Shown here: positions 47,107-56,272 of the stretch, in pieces
How positions within the stretch are numbered: position 1 is the stretch's first letter
Layout of the letters: every line of letters begins with the position of its first letter
Source: an uncultured Christensenellaceae bacterium
GTDB taxonomy: Bacteria > Bacillota > Clostridia > Christensenellales > DTU072
Length of the DNA: 63,312 nucleotides
Direction of reading: 5' to 3'
Assembly: GCA_964392385.1 (NCBI GenBank)
Contig: CAYMPR010000004.1
Coordinates: forward strand, 1,783-65,094
Made by a program: the position numbers and the translations under genes
The notes under the pieces: generated by a model
The model's input: only the letters and a program-made list of their open reading frames with translations
Databases searched by the model: none
Told to the model about the DNA's origin: nothing

Positions 47107-47294
47107 GTTTATCTCCTTAAATTATTGTTTAATATAAAATTATTTTCATACCACACTTTGTTACAAATCTTATCATGAAAGCCGTATTGTTTCAAACCCC
47201 AAAAACAAAAAATTATTTCTTATTAGCTAATACTATGAACCCTTGATTATCTGCTAAATTGGCTAAAGATAATAAATCTATAAGACAAATACGT

Positions 47295-48101
47295 TTACTT
47301 ATTCTCTATGCTAATTGAATATACTTCATTCTTGGGCACGTCTAGAGTATCAGAAACAAGTTTAACAGCTTCAGATTTTTTTAGGCCAGATTTTAACGCC
47401 TCATCTAAACTTTTACATATTTCTTCCTTTGTTACTTTAAGTTTTTGAGGTTCTATTATGAGGACAAACTCTCCTTTGACATTTTCTATATTGATACTAC
47501 TGATTAACCCAGAAACAACTTTTTCAAACATTTTGGAAATTTCTTTTACTATTACCACTCTCCTATCACCTAAACAATCTTTTAACAGTTGAATTGTTTT
47601 TACAACATCATGTGGCGCACAATAAAGAATAATTGGTAGTGATGATTTTTCATACTCGGAAATCAATTTAATTTTTGCACCCTCTTTTTCTGGCAAAAAA
47701 CCTAAAAACACAAAACCGTTTTCCTTCAACCCCGAAATAGAATATGCAGTTGTTAACGCTGTAGGACCTGGGACGCTTTCAACCTCGATACCGGCCTCTC
47801 TTGCTGCACTAACCAAAATAGCGCCAGGATCACTAATCCCGGGCATTCCAGCATCAGTTATTAAAGCAACAGATTTTCCTTCATGTATATGCTGAATAAT
47901 TAATAAGGAAGATTCCTGTTCGTTAAATTTATGATAAGGAATAAGAGGCTTTTTAATGTCATAATGTTTCAAAAGAACAAGAGAATGCCTAGTATCTTCA
48001 CAAGCAATGTAATCCACAGATGAAAGTGTCTCTTTTGCACGAAAACTTAAATCAGCTAAATTGCCTATAGGGGTGCCTACTATATAAAGCCTCGCTTCCA
48101 T
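47295..48101 (-). CDS. rsmI: 16S rRNA (cytidine1402-2'-O)-methyltransferase
   Basis: LYIVGTPIGNL...CEDTR tetrapyrrole-methylase-fold signature. Confidence 0.9.
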   Translation of the reverse strand: MEARLYIVGTPIGNLADLSFRAKETLSSVDYIACEDTRHSLVLLKHYDIKKPLIPYHKFNEQESSLLIIQHIHEGKSVALITDAGMPGISDPGAILVSAAREAGIEVESVPGPTALTTAYSISGLKENGFVFLGFLPEKEGAKIKLISEYEKSSLPIILYCAPHDVVKTIQLLKDCLGDRRVVIVKEISKMFEKVVSGLISSINIENVKGEFVLIIEPQKLKVTKEEICKSLDEALKSGLKKSEAVKLVSDTLDVPKNEVYSISIENK

Positions 48102-48164
48102 TTTTCTCCTTACTTGTGTAATGTTAAACTAACAATCTTAATTATTTTTTCAATGTTTTTTATC

Positions 48165-48914
48165 CTAGCTGTTTTCCCTTTCTAACATAGAGAATCTATT
48201 ATATATTTCGAGTACTTCTTTTGTTGGTTTACCTTCTTGATTCGTTAATATTAAGGGAGCTAGCACTTTCAATTGACACTTCCCATTCTTTTTCCCCTCT
48301 ATCAAGAATATCTCAATAGTTGATTTAGGAGTAGTTTGTATTGGGAAAAGTGATTTTGGCACAATTTTATATTTTTCCATTAATGTCAATATATCCGCAA
48401 GTCTAGAGCTTTTAATAACAGAATAAAACCTTCCGCCATAATTAAGTAAACTAGACGATATATCAATTATATCCTGCAATTTACATTTGATTTCCGACTT
48501 GCAAATGGCTATTTCTTCGTTTTCATTTGTGTCACATTTCTTTTCATAGGGAGGATTTGACACTACCACATCAAAAGAACCTTTTCCAAAGGTATTAATG
48601 CTGTTTTTAAAATCATCATTAATGAAAACGACTTTGTTCTCTAGTTTATTAAGCATTAGAGACCTTTGTGACATCTCAAACAGCCTTTTCTGTATCTCTA
48701 CACCCACTATTTCTTTTGCCGTTGTTTTTTTAGAAAGAAGTATGGAAATTATACCACTTCCAGAGCCAAGTTCAATTATTCTTTCCTTTGCATTTGCCCT
48801 AACAATAGAAGTCAACAAAACTGAATCGGTTGTAAAACAATATCCCGAGGGCGATTGTATTATTTTAAGTCCACCACAATCCAAATCATATATTTTTTCA
48901 TCATCAATAATCAT
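48165..48914 (-). CDS. SAM-dependent methyltransferase, YabB/TrmN6-like
   Basis: ELGSGSGIIS SAM motif and NPPY. Adjacent to rsmI, as in the Firmicute yabB-rsmI arrangement. Confidence 0.65.
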   Translation of the reverse strand: MIIDDEKIYDLDCGGLKIIQSPSGYCFTTDSVLLTSIVRANAKERIIELGSGSGIISILLSKKTTAKEIVGVEIQKRLFEMSQRSLMLNKLENKVVFINDDFKNSINTFGKGSFDVVVSNPPYEKKCDTNENEEIAICKSEIKCKLQDIIDISSSLLNYGGRFYSVIKSSRLADILTLMEKYKIVPKSLFPIQTTPKSTIEIFLIEGKKNGKCQLKVLAPLILTNQEGKPTKEVLEIYNRFSMLERENS

Positions 48915-49187
48915 ACGTCCATTATAGTATATTATGTTTTTGGTAGCAACACAGCAATGTCCTATTGGGGGCTATTATATATAGCAATTTTATACATAAT
49001 TCTAATTTGTACAATACATAGTATTGTTGTTATTATTTATTTGAGTCCTTATGCTATATATAGACAAGATTCAATAATTAAAAAACTCTAAACTTAATAA
49101 CGGATTATTAATATAAAATGCTATTTGCTAGATTTTGTATGTCTTAAGTAGTATAATTTTATAAATGATTTATTCGGAGGTAGTTTT

Positions 49188-50117
49188 ATGCCATTAGTAA
49201 CAAGTAAAGATATGTTCGAAAAAGCTTATAAGGGTGGGTATGCCATAGGAGCTTTCAATGTGAATAATATGGAAACTATTCAAGGAATAGTTAGTGCCGC
49301 AAAGGAAGAAAATGCCCCTTTGATTCTTCAAGTTTCTGCTGGCGCTAGAAAGTATGCAAGCCCTATTTATTTAAAGAAACTAGTTGAAGCTGCTGTTGAG
49401 GATTCAGGGCTACCTATTTGCCTTCACCTTGATCATGGCGATTCATTTGAAATTTGCAAAGATTGTATAGAGATGGGATTTACATCTGTAATGATTGATG
49501 CTTCTCACCACAGTTTTGCAGAAAACATTAAAATAACAAAAAATGTAGTTGACTATGCTCATGATCGTGGCGTAACTGTTGAAGCAGAGCTTGGAAGACT
49601 TGCGGGAGTTGAAGATGCCATAAATGTTAGTGCAGCAGACAGTAGCTACACAGATCCTGCGCAAGTTGAAGAATTTGTATCAAAAACAAATGTCGATAGT
49701 TTAGCAATTGCAATTGGAACTAGCCACGGTGCATTTAAGTTTAAGGGAGAGCCTAAGTTAAGGTTTGATATTTTGGAGGAAGTCGGCAAAAGGTTGCCAG
49801 GGTTCCCTATCGTTCTTCATGGTGCTAGTTCAGTTCCACAGTACCTTGTCGAAATCATTAACCAATACGGTGGTAATATGCCTGGCGCACAAGGAGTTCC
49901 TGAGGAAATGTTGAGAAAGGCAGCCTCTATGGCAGTATGTAAAATAAATATTGATTCTGACTTGAGAATGGCGGTCACTGGAACTATAAGAAAATACTTC
50001 CAAGAAAATCCATCTCACTTTGATCCTAGACAATACCTAGGACCAGCTAGAAATGCCGTTAAAGACATTGTTAAGCATAAAATACAATATGTCCTTGGGT
50101 GTTCCGGGAAAGCATAA
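49188..50117 (+). CDS. fba: class II fructose-1,6-bisphosphate aldolase
   Basis: HLDHG and GTSHGAFK metal and substrate motifs. Confidence 0.95.
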   Translation: MPLVTSKDMFEKAYKGGYAIGAFNVNNMETIQGIVSAAKEENAPLILQVSAGARKYASPIYLKKLVEAAVEDSGLPICLHLDHGDSFEICKDCIEMGFTSVMIDASHHSFAENIKITKNVVDYAHDRGVTVEAELGRLAGVEDAINVSAADSSYTDPAQVEEFVSKTNVDSLAIAIGTSHGAFKFKGEPKLRFDILEEVGKRLPGFPIVLHGASSVPQYLVEIINQYGGNMPGAQGVPEEMLRKAASMAVCKINIDSDLRMAVTGTIRKYFQENPSHFDPRQYLGPARNAVKDIVKHKIQYVLGCSGKA

Positions 50118-50137
50118 ATTTTATTTAATTAAAAGAT

Positions 50138-50168
50138 AAGGATCGCAAAATGCGATCCTTTTTTTATT
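50138..50168 (+). terminator. intrinsic terminator after fba
   Basis: AAGGATCGCA-AAA-TGCGATCCTT followed by TTTTTTA. May also act on convergent rho. Confidence 0.85.
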
Positions 50169-50299
50169 TTATAAATGGGATGAAAAAACAATTGTTTCTC
50201 TTTTATCTTGAGGTACTTTTCTGCGAGTAAGGATTAAGTAATTTAGGATAATTATCACAATGTTTTAGAATATTGTGATGAGGAAAAACTTAATTACAT

Positions 50300-51760
50300 T
50301 TACCTAATCATATATCCTTCCTTTTGTAATTTTTGTATTTGGTTAGATAGCTGTGATATAAACTCAGCATTGTTCCCAGTTCTAACCATCATACTAATAA
50401 GGTTTTCTGTTGCTTCTTGGACATCTCCAACGGAAAGAATTTTTCTAACTGCCCAAATGCCTTCTAATTCCTTTGCATCAAGTAATAATTCTTCTCTTCG
50501 CGTTCCACTTCGATATAAATCAATTGCTGGGAAAATCCTCTTTTCTGATAGTTTCCTATCAAGATGAATTTCCATATTGCCAGTTCCTTTAAATTCTTCG
50601 TATATAACGTCATCCATTCTGCTTCCAGTATCGACTAGTGCAGTAGCAATAATAGTTAGGCTACCCCCATTTTCAATATTTCTAGCTGCTCCAAAAAATC
50701 TTTTTGGAGAATGTAATGCTCCTGGGTCTATACCCCCACTAAGTGTTTTCCCTGTTGGGGAAATCACTAAATTATATGCACGTGCTAGTCTTGTTAAACT
50801 ATCCATTAAGATTACTACATCTCTTCCAAGTTCCACCAGCCTCTTTGCTCTATCTAATACCATTTCAGAGGCTTTTGTGTGATGCTCAGGCATTTCGTCG
50901 AAAGTAGAATAGACAACCTCACCCTTTATGCTTCTTTGCATGTCAGTAACCTCTTCGGGCCTTTCATCTACCAATAAAACAATAAGGTGTGCTTCGGGAT
51001 AATTTGATGCAATACTATGTGCTATTCTTTTTAGTAAAGTCGTCTTTCCTGCTTTTGGTGGGCTTACTATCATCCCCCTTTGCCCTTTTCCAATTGGGGA
51101 AACAAGGTCTATCGCTCTAATCGCTAAATCATTCCCAACTCCTGGAAGTTCAAGTTTAAATCTTGCTTCAGGGTGAATTGGAACCAAGTTATCGAAAGAA
51201 GGCCTATCAAATGCTTTTTCAGGGTCCAAACCGTTAACAGCGATTATTTCCTGAACATTCATTGGTCTATTCTCAGCTATCTTTTTGACATATGCTTTAA
51301 CTAAATCGCCCTTTCTTAAACCAGCTTTTCGAATTTTAGGAACTGCTATATAAGCATCGCCATCACCTTGCTCGTAATTTTTAGCCCTTAAAAATCCATA
51401 CCCGTCAGGGCATATTTCCAATACACCCTCTCGAATCTCCATTTCACTGTGTTCATATTGTTTATAATCATCAGAATCATCTAAATCTCTATCCTCGCTA
51501 GAAGATTCTTTATGCTGACCTTTTTGATTAGATTTATGAACTATCTGTTTTTTCTTTTCCGTTAAAGCACTTCCATTATTGACTTGCTTTTGTTCTTTTA
51601 CTTCTAGTAATCTAGCTATTACCTCTTCCTTTTCAAGAAGAAATTTTATCAAATCTACTTTTTTACTAGCAGTAGCTTCAAGTAATCCCTGTTCGCCAGC
51701 AAGATGTCTTAATTCGAAAATAGTCATACTTTCTAGTTTGTCTTTAATATTTGGATCCAT
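50300..51760 (-). CDS. rho: transcription termination factor Rho (with N-terminal insertion)
   Basis: Rho N-terminal helical bundle, OB/CSD (GYGFLR), Walker A PPKAGKTT and RecA-type core. About 55 extra polar residues lie after the first domain. Confidence 0.95.
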   Translation of the reverse strand: MDPNIKDKLESMTIFELRHLAGEQGLLEATASKKVDLIKFLLEKEEVIARLLEVKEQKQVNNGSALTEKKKQIVHKSNQKGQHKESSSEDRDLDDSDDYKQYEHSEMEIREGVLEICPDGYGFLRAKNYEQGDGDAYIAVPKIRKAGLRKGDLVKAYVKKIAENRPMNVQEIIAVNGLDPEKAFDRPSFDNLVPIHPEARFKLELPGVGNDLAIRAIDLVSPIGKGQRGMIVSPPKAGKTTLLKRIAHSIASNYPEAHLIVLLVDERPEEVTDMQRSIKGEVVYSTFDEMPEHHTKASEMVLDRAKRLVELGRDVVILMDSLTRLARAYNLVISPTGKTLSGGIDPGALHSPKRFFGAARNIENGGSLTIIATALVDTGSRMDDVIYEEFKGTGNMEIHLDRKLSEKRIFPAIDLYRSGTRREELLLDAKELEGIWAVRKILSVGDVQEATENLISMMVRTGNNAEFISQLSNQIQKLQKEGYMIR

Positions 51761-52064
51761 ATGTTCTCCTAATTGTTTATTTTTTTACTACAATAATTAT
51801 TTATCTGTATTTTTTCTAAATCTTTTTATGTAATAAGAGCTTTCTTTGTGGGAGGAGCTTTTTTATAAGCAAAGTTATTTTCAAATCGAGATAATGCTCA
51901 AAAAATCAAAAAACTTTTACCATTGATCATTTGGTTCTAGATGCTACCGAGAATTGATGTAGATATAAAACAAAAAAATCACCGGTTATTGTCAAACCAT
52001 ACTTATGTATTTTACCCATTGAATAACTCTAGAAATATATGTAAAGTTAAGGTTTATTTATAAA

Positions 52065-52718
52065 CTATCCTAATCTTTTTAAAACAATTACTCGAGTCAT
52101 CCCGCCATCAAAGTCTGCACGGTCAAACTCAATCTCATCGCTATCTAAACATTCTATCGAATCTCTATCAAATTTCTTCAAGAAATCATCCAACTCGTCG
52201 AGTTCAGTTGAATATCCTTCTTGCATATAATGCATTGGAATCACTACATCAGGCATTAAAAAGTCAACATATTCTTTGGCCATATCAGCATTTATAGTAT
52301 ATCTTCCTCCAATAGGAATTAGTAAAATATTTATTGAGCCTATAAGCTCTGCAAGCATAGGGCTAAGTTTTTCTCCTATGTCGCCTAAATGGCATACTTC
52401 AACGCCATCCATACGAAACCTAAATACTATGTTTCTTCCTCTAAGTGCACCCTTTTGAGAGTCATGATAGCTTAAAAACCCACTAATATCTACACCATCA
52501 ATCTCATGCATTCCGGTTCCATTAAAAAGCAGTTTATAATCCTTTACATTGATTGCTTTATTGTGATCAAAATGATCATGACTAATGGTTACTACATCTG
52601 CACTAACCTCGGGAAAAGGAATTCCTACATCTGTTCCATCAAACGGGTCGGTCACAACACTCACCCCGGTACTCTCGGTGAGTTTGAACGCACTGTGCCC
52701 TAACCATTGAATTTTCAT
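52065..52718 (-). CDS. MBL-fold metal-dependent hydrolase (UPF0173-like)
   Basis: WLGHSAF...HDHFDH metallo-beta-lactamase motif. ATG 52718 chosen over the upstream TTG. Confidence 0.8.
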   Translation of the reverse strand: MKIQWLGHSAFKLTESTGVSVVTDPFDGTDVGIPFPEVSADVVTISHDHFDHNKAINVKDYKLLFNGTGMHEIDGVDISGFLSYHDSQKGALRGRNIVFRFRMDGVEVCHLGDIGEKLSPMLAELIGSINILLIPIGGRYTINADMAKEYVDFLMPDVVIPMHYMQEGYSTELDELDDFLKKFDRDSIECLDSDEIEFDRADFDGGMTRVIVLKRLG

Positions 52719-52805
52719 AAAGTTCTCCAAAAAGAAGCGAAAATATGAATAAAAAATAAGATGAAACCTTGAGCTTACACTTAAGCTACTCTTTCTATTG
52801 AATAT

Positions 52806-52834
52806 ATACTAATTATTTTACACCCTAATGTCAA
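52806..52834 (-). promoter_or_regulatory. promoter of MBL hydrolase gene
   Basis: Minus strand TTGACA, 17 nt, TAGTAT. Confidence 0.6.
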
Positions 52835-52849
52835 CACTTAGTTAGTATA

Positions 52850-54052
52850 TTAGTCTAAGTCCTTCATCGCATCTTCTACTATTTCTTTAGCAAACCCATC
52901 TGTTTTCCCGAGTAATTCATGAATTCTATCAGCAGAATTAAGTAATGGGGAAACTGAAGTGTTTTGATTACATGCTGCAATTATCTTGCAAATAAATTTA
53001 GATAAATCGGCTTGTATAAACCATTTTCTGGAATATAGATCTTGATTAACGTATGTGAGGTTTGTACTAAGAACAGCTGTGAAAAGTCCTTCTTCATACG
53101 CTTTGTCGAATTTTTCGATTCCCTCAGTAAATAAAGCATAAGTGGCGGTAAGGAAAATGTTTTTACAGCCCTTATCTCTCAATTCCCTGCAGAGTCTTAA
53201 TACTGAATCTCCAGTTGCTATAATATCATCGGCTACTAGAATTGATTTGCCCTTAACATCAGCTCCAATATATTCATGTGCTACAATTGGGTTTTTACCA
53301 CCAATAACAGTAGTATAATCTCTTCTCTTATAAAACATACCTAAATTAACGCCGAGTACAGAGGTATAAAATATATTTCTTTTCATTGCACCTTCATCGG
53401 GCGAGACAACCATAAAATTATCATTATCTAGTTTAATATTGGGGAAAGCCTTCATGAGTTCTTTCATAATTTGATAAGTAGGGAAAAAGTTGTCAAAGCC
53501 CATTAGAGGTACTGCATTTTGCACTCTAGGATCATGTGCGTCGAATGTAATTACTCCATTAACACCCATAGCAAATAGTTCTTGAAGCATCTGAGCGCAA
53601 TCAAGACTCTCTCTAGTGTTTCTCCTATGTTGTCTTCCGCCATACAGTATTGGCATAATAACTGTAATCCTTGCGGCCTTGCCACCTACAGCACTAATTA
53701 TTCTCTTTAAATCAGCGTAATGGTCATCTGGGGACATGTTATTTGGCTTACCAAACATATCATATGTGATACTGTAATTACCTACATCAACAAGCACATA
53801 AATATCACAGCCTCTAACACTAGAAGTTATAAGCCCCTTTGCATCCCCGGTTGTAAATCTTGGACACTCGCTGTCTATAATGAATGTTTCTTTATGGAAT
53901 TTAGCGTTCTTTTTTCCAATATCTCTATTATAATATTCCACCAAAAAGGCATCGACCTTCTTACCAAGTTCCATAGAGCCTTCTAAAACGATTAACCCTA
54001 GTGGAGCAACTGGTTGTGCATCATCATACATTTGGTTAAAAAAAGTTCCCAT
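52850..54052 (-). CDS. prs: ribose-phosphate diphosphokinase, long form (400 aa)
   Basis: RFTTGDAKG...VRGCDIYVL, GGRQHRR, VSPDEGA and DDIIATGDS correspond to Prs motifs. ATG 54052 with a GGAGG RBS. Confidence 0.85.
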   Translation of the reverse strand: MGTFFNQMYDDAQPVAPLGLIVLEGSMELGKKVDAFLVEYYNRDIGKKNAKFHKETFIIDSECPRFTTGDAKGLITSSVRGCDIYVLVDVGNYSITYDMFGKPNNMSPDDHYADLKRIISAVGGKAARITVIMPILYGGRQHRRNTRESLDCAQMLQELFAMGVNGVITFDAHDPRVQNAVPLMGFDNFFPTYQIMKELMKAFPNIKLDNDNFMVVSPDEGAMKRNIFYTSVLGVNLGMFYKRRDYTTVIGGKNPIVAHEYIGADVKGKSILVADDIIATGDSVLRLCRELRDKGCKNIFLTATYALFTEGIEKFDKAYEEGLFTAVLSTNLTYVNQDLYSRKWFIQADLSKFICKIIAACNQNTSVSPLLNSADRIHELLGKTDGFAKEIVEDAMKDLD

Positions 54053-54088
54053 TAATTCCTCCAAAACGTTAAAAAAATCAACAACGTG

Positions 54089-54117
54089 ATTATATCATAT
54101 GCACTATTTTCTTACAA
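54089..54117 (-). promoter_or_regulatory. promoter of prs
   Basis: Minus strand TTGTAA, 17 nt, TATAAT with a TGA extended -10. Confidence 0.65.
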
Positions 54118-54313
54118 TTGAATAAACTCTTTTTGCCTTTATTTCCTCGAGAAATATCAATTCTCTTCCCACCTACATAACTATGTCAATTATCCGATAT
54201 ATAAACTATATTTGTTCACAACGATAGGCTCATGCTGAATGTATTTTTGAGTTAAAAACCGTATTTTTTTCGTTTATTACCTTTTAGATATATCAATTAG
54301 TTTCAATGTTTAA

Positions 54314-56272
54314 TTATGACTGTGTAAATTTTACATTCTCACAAGAAACATCAAACATATCGTCTTTTTCGCCAGCAAACTGTGAATTGTATAACTCGAA
54401 GTAAAATCCTTTTTTCGCCATTAGCTCCTCGTGGTTGCCTTGTTCGACAACATCGCCATCATTCATAACCAAAATGACAGCTGCTGATTTAATAGTAGAT
54501 AATCTATGGGCTATAACAAAACTGGTTTTACCTTTCATCATTGCCAGCATTGCACTTTGAACATACTTCTCAGTCCTTGTATCAACTGAGCTTGTAGCTT
54601 CATCTAATATAATTATTCTTGGATCTTTTAAAATTGCGCGAGCAATTGTAAGAAGTTGTTTTTGACCAGCACTGATATTAGAAGCATCTTCTTTTAAAAT
54701 TGTGTCATATCCATGTTCCATTAAATCAATGAAGGAATTGGCATGAGCTTGTTCTGCTGCAGATATTATTTCTTCCCTAGTTGCACCAGGTTTTCCGTAT
54801 GCAATATTATCAGCAACCGTACCGTTAAACAGCCAGGTATCTTGTAACACCATTCCATATAAACTTCTCAAGTCATTTCTTGAATACTCTTTCATATCTA
54901 TTCCATCAATCAAGATTCTTCCTGAACTTACCTCATAGAATCTCATGAGTAAATTTACAAGTGTGGTTTTTCCGGCACCAGTTGGCCCTACAATCGCAAT
55001 TTGCTCTCCAGCGGATACACTTAACGATAAATCTCTAATTAGTGGTTTATCTTGAGAATATGAAAATGCAATATGCTCAATTTCGACATTACCCTTACAA
55101 TCCATACAACTAATTGGTTTTGTTCCTTCTTCAGTCATTTCTTCCAATTCAAAAACCTGGAAAACCCTTTCAGCAGCTGCAACTGATGTCTGAATAGTAT
55201 TTGCAATGTTACTTATATTTTCAATAGGCTGTGCAAATTGTCTTGTATAGGAAAGTAATGCTTGAATATCGCCTATAGTTATAAGCCCACTTCCTGCTCT
55301 AAAACCTCCACCCACACATATACCAACATAAACGAGGTTGTTAATAAATTTAATTGACGGGAGAATTATCCCTGATAAAAACTGAGATTTTCTAGTGGCT
55401 TTCTTTAGCTCTTTATTGATTTTTTCATAGATAACTATACTATCATCTTCTCGGTTGTATAGCTTAACAACTTGATGCCCTGCATACATTTCTTCAATAA
55501 ATCCATTTAGCTCTCCGATACGTTTTTGTTGTTTGCCAAATTCAATTTGAGATTTTTTCACAACAACTGTTGAAACAAAAAGTAGAAGCGGCAAACTAAC
55601 TAGAGTTACTAAAGAAAGGAGCCAATCTATCCTCATCATCATAACGAAAACGCCAATAACCGTCATTACTCCAGTAATTATTTGATTTATACTTTCCTGA
55701 ATTGTTGCAGATATCATCTCTATATCTATTGTAAACCTGGACAATATTTCCCCAAATGGAGTAGTATCAAAATAAGACAATGCAACTTTATCAAGCTTAT
55801 ATTTAACATCATGTCGCATTCTACAAACAATTTTTTGTGAAGTTATTCCTGCTATTAAAGCACTCATAAATTGGAATAATGAATTTAGTACATAAAGTGC
55901 TCCACTTGTCCAAAGGACAGGTGCAATATATGATAACAATTGATTATTCCCTGGGTTAATAGGGTCAGAGTCAGGTCTAATGTTAGTGAAAAACTGCAAA
56001 CTGTCGACCAAAGCATTTGTAACTTTTTTCATTATATCTGGCACCCAAATAGCAAACCAGGCCCCAACTATAGCAAGAAGAATCATAATCAATAACATGT
56101 GGTATTGTGGTTTCAAATACTTTAAAAGTTTTTTTACAGTGCCACCAAAATTCTTTGCTTTAATTACCTCTTTAATTTCAGGTCCAGTCACGCCAAAAGC
56201 AGCACCAAGATTGAATCCCCCACCCTGTTGCTTTGATTCAGTTTTTAAATTGTTGCCGTTTTCTGGGCTCAT
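54314..56272 (-). CDS. ABC exporter, fused permease/ATPase (heterodimer partner B)
   Basis: 6-TM exporter domain, Walker A GPTGAGKTT, signature SAGQKQLL, Walker B IIILDEATS. ATGA overlap with the upstream partner. Confidence 0.9.
   Translation of the reverse strand: MSPENGNNLKTESKQQGGGFNLGAAFGVTGPEIKEVIKAKNFGGTVKKLLKYLKPQYHMLLIMILLAIVGAWFAIWVPDIMKKVTNALVDSLQFFTNIRPDSDPINPGNNQLLSYIAPVLWTSGALYVLNSLFQFMSALIAGITSQKIVCRMRHDVKYKLDKVALSYFDTTPFGEILSRFTIDIEMISATIQESINQIITGVMTVIGVFVMMMRIDWLLSLVTLVSLPLLLFVSTVVVKKSQIEFGKQQKRIGELNGFIEEMYAGHQVVKLYNREDDSIVIYEKINKELKKATRKSQFLSGIILPSIKFINNLVYVGICVGGGFRAGSGLITIGDIQALLSYTRQFAQPIENISNIANTIQTSVAAAERVFQVFELEEMTEEGTKPISCMDCKGNVEIEHIAFSYSQDKPLIRDLSLSVSAGEQIAIVGPTGAGKTTLVNLLMRFYEVSSGRILIDGIDMKEYSRNDLRSLYGMVLQDTWLFNGTVADNIAYGKPGATREEIISAAEQAHANSFIDLMEHGYDTILKEDASNISAGQKQLLTIARAILKDPRIIILDEATSSVDTRTEKYVQSAMLAMMKGKTSFVIAHRLSTIKSAAVILVMNDGDVVEQGNHEELMAKKGFYFELYNSQFAGEKDDMFDVSCENVKFTQS

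Noticed and set aside
48855-49091. 78-aa plus-strand ORF in the methyltransferase/fba divergent region
   Set aside because: It starts inside the methyltransferase gene in antisense and has an Ile/Tyr-rich composition driven by AT content, with no RBS. The region is better explained as divergent promoter DNA.
50254-50279. Inverted repeat ATCACAAT-N10-ATTGTGAT downstream of rho, considered as a CRP-like site or terminator
   Set aside because: The half-sites are in TCACA...TGTGA order with 14-nt spacing, so it is not the CRP consensus. The stem is AT-rich with no U-tract. The strong bidirectional hairpin at 50138..50168 is a better rho terminator.
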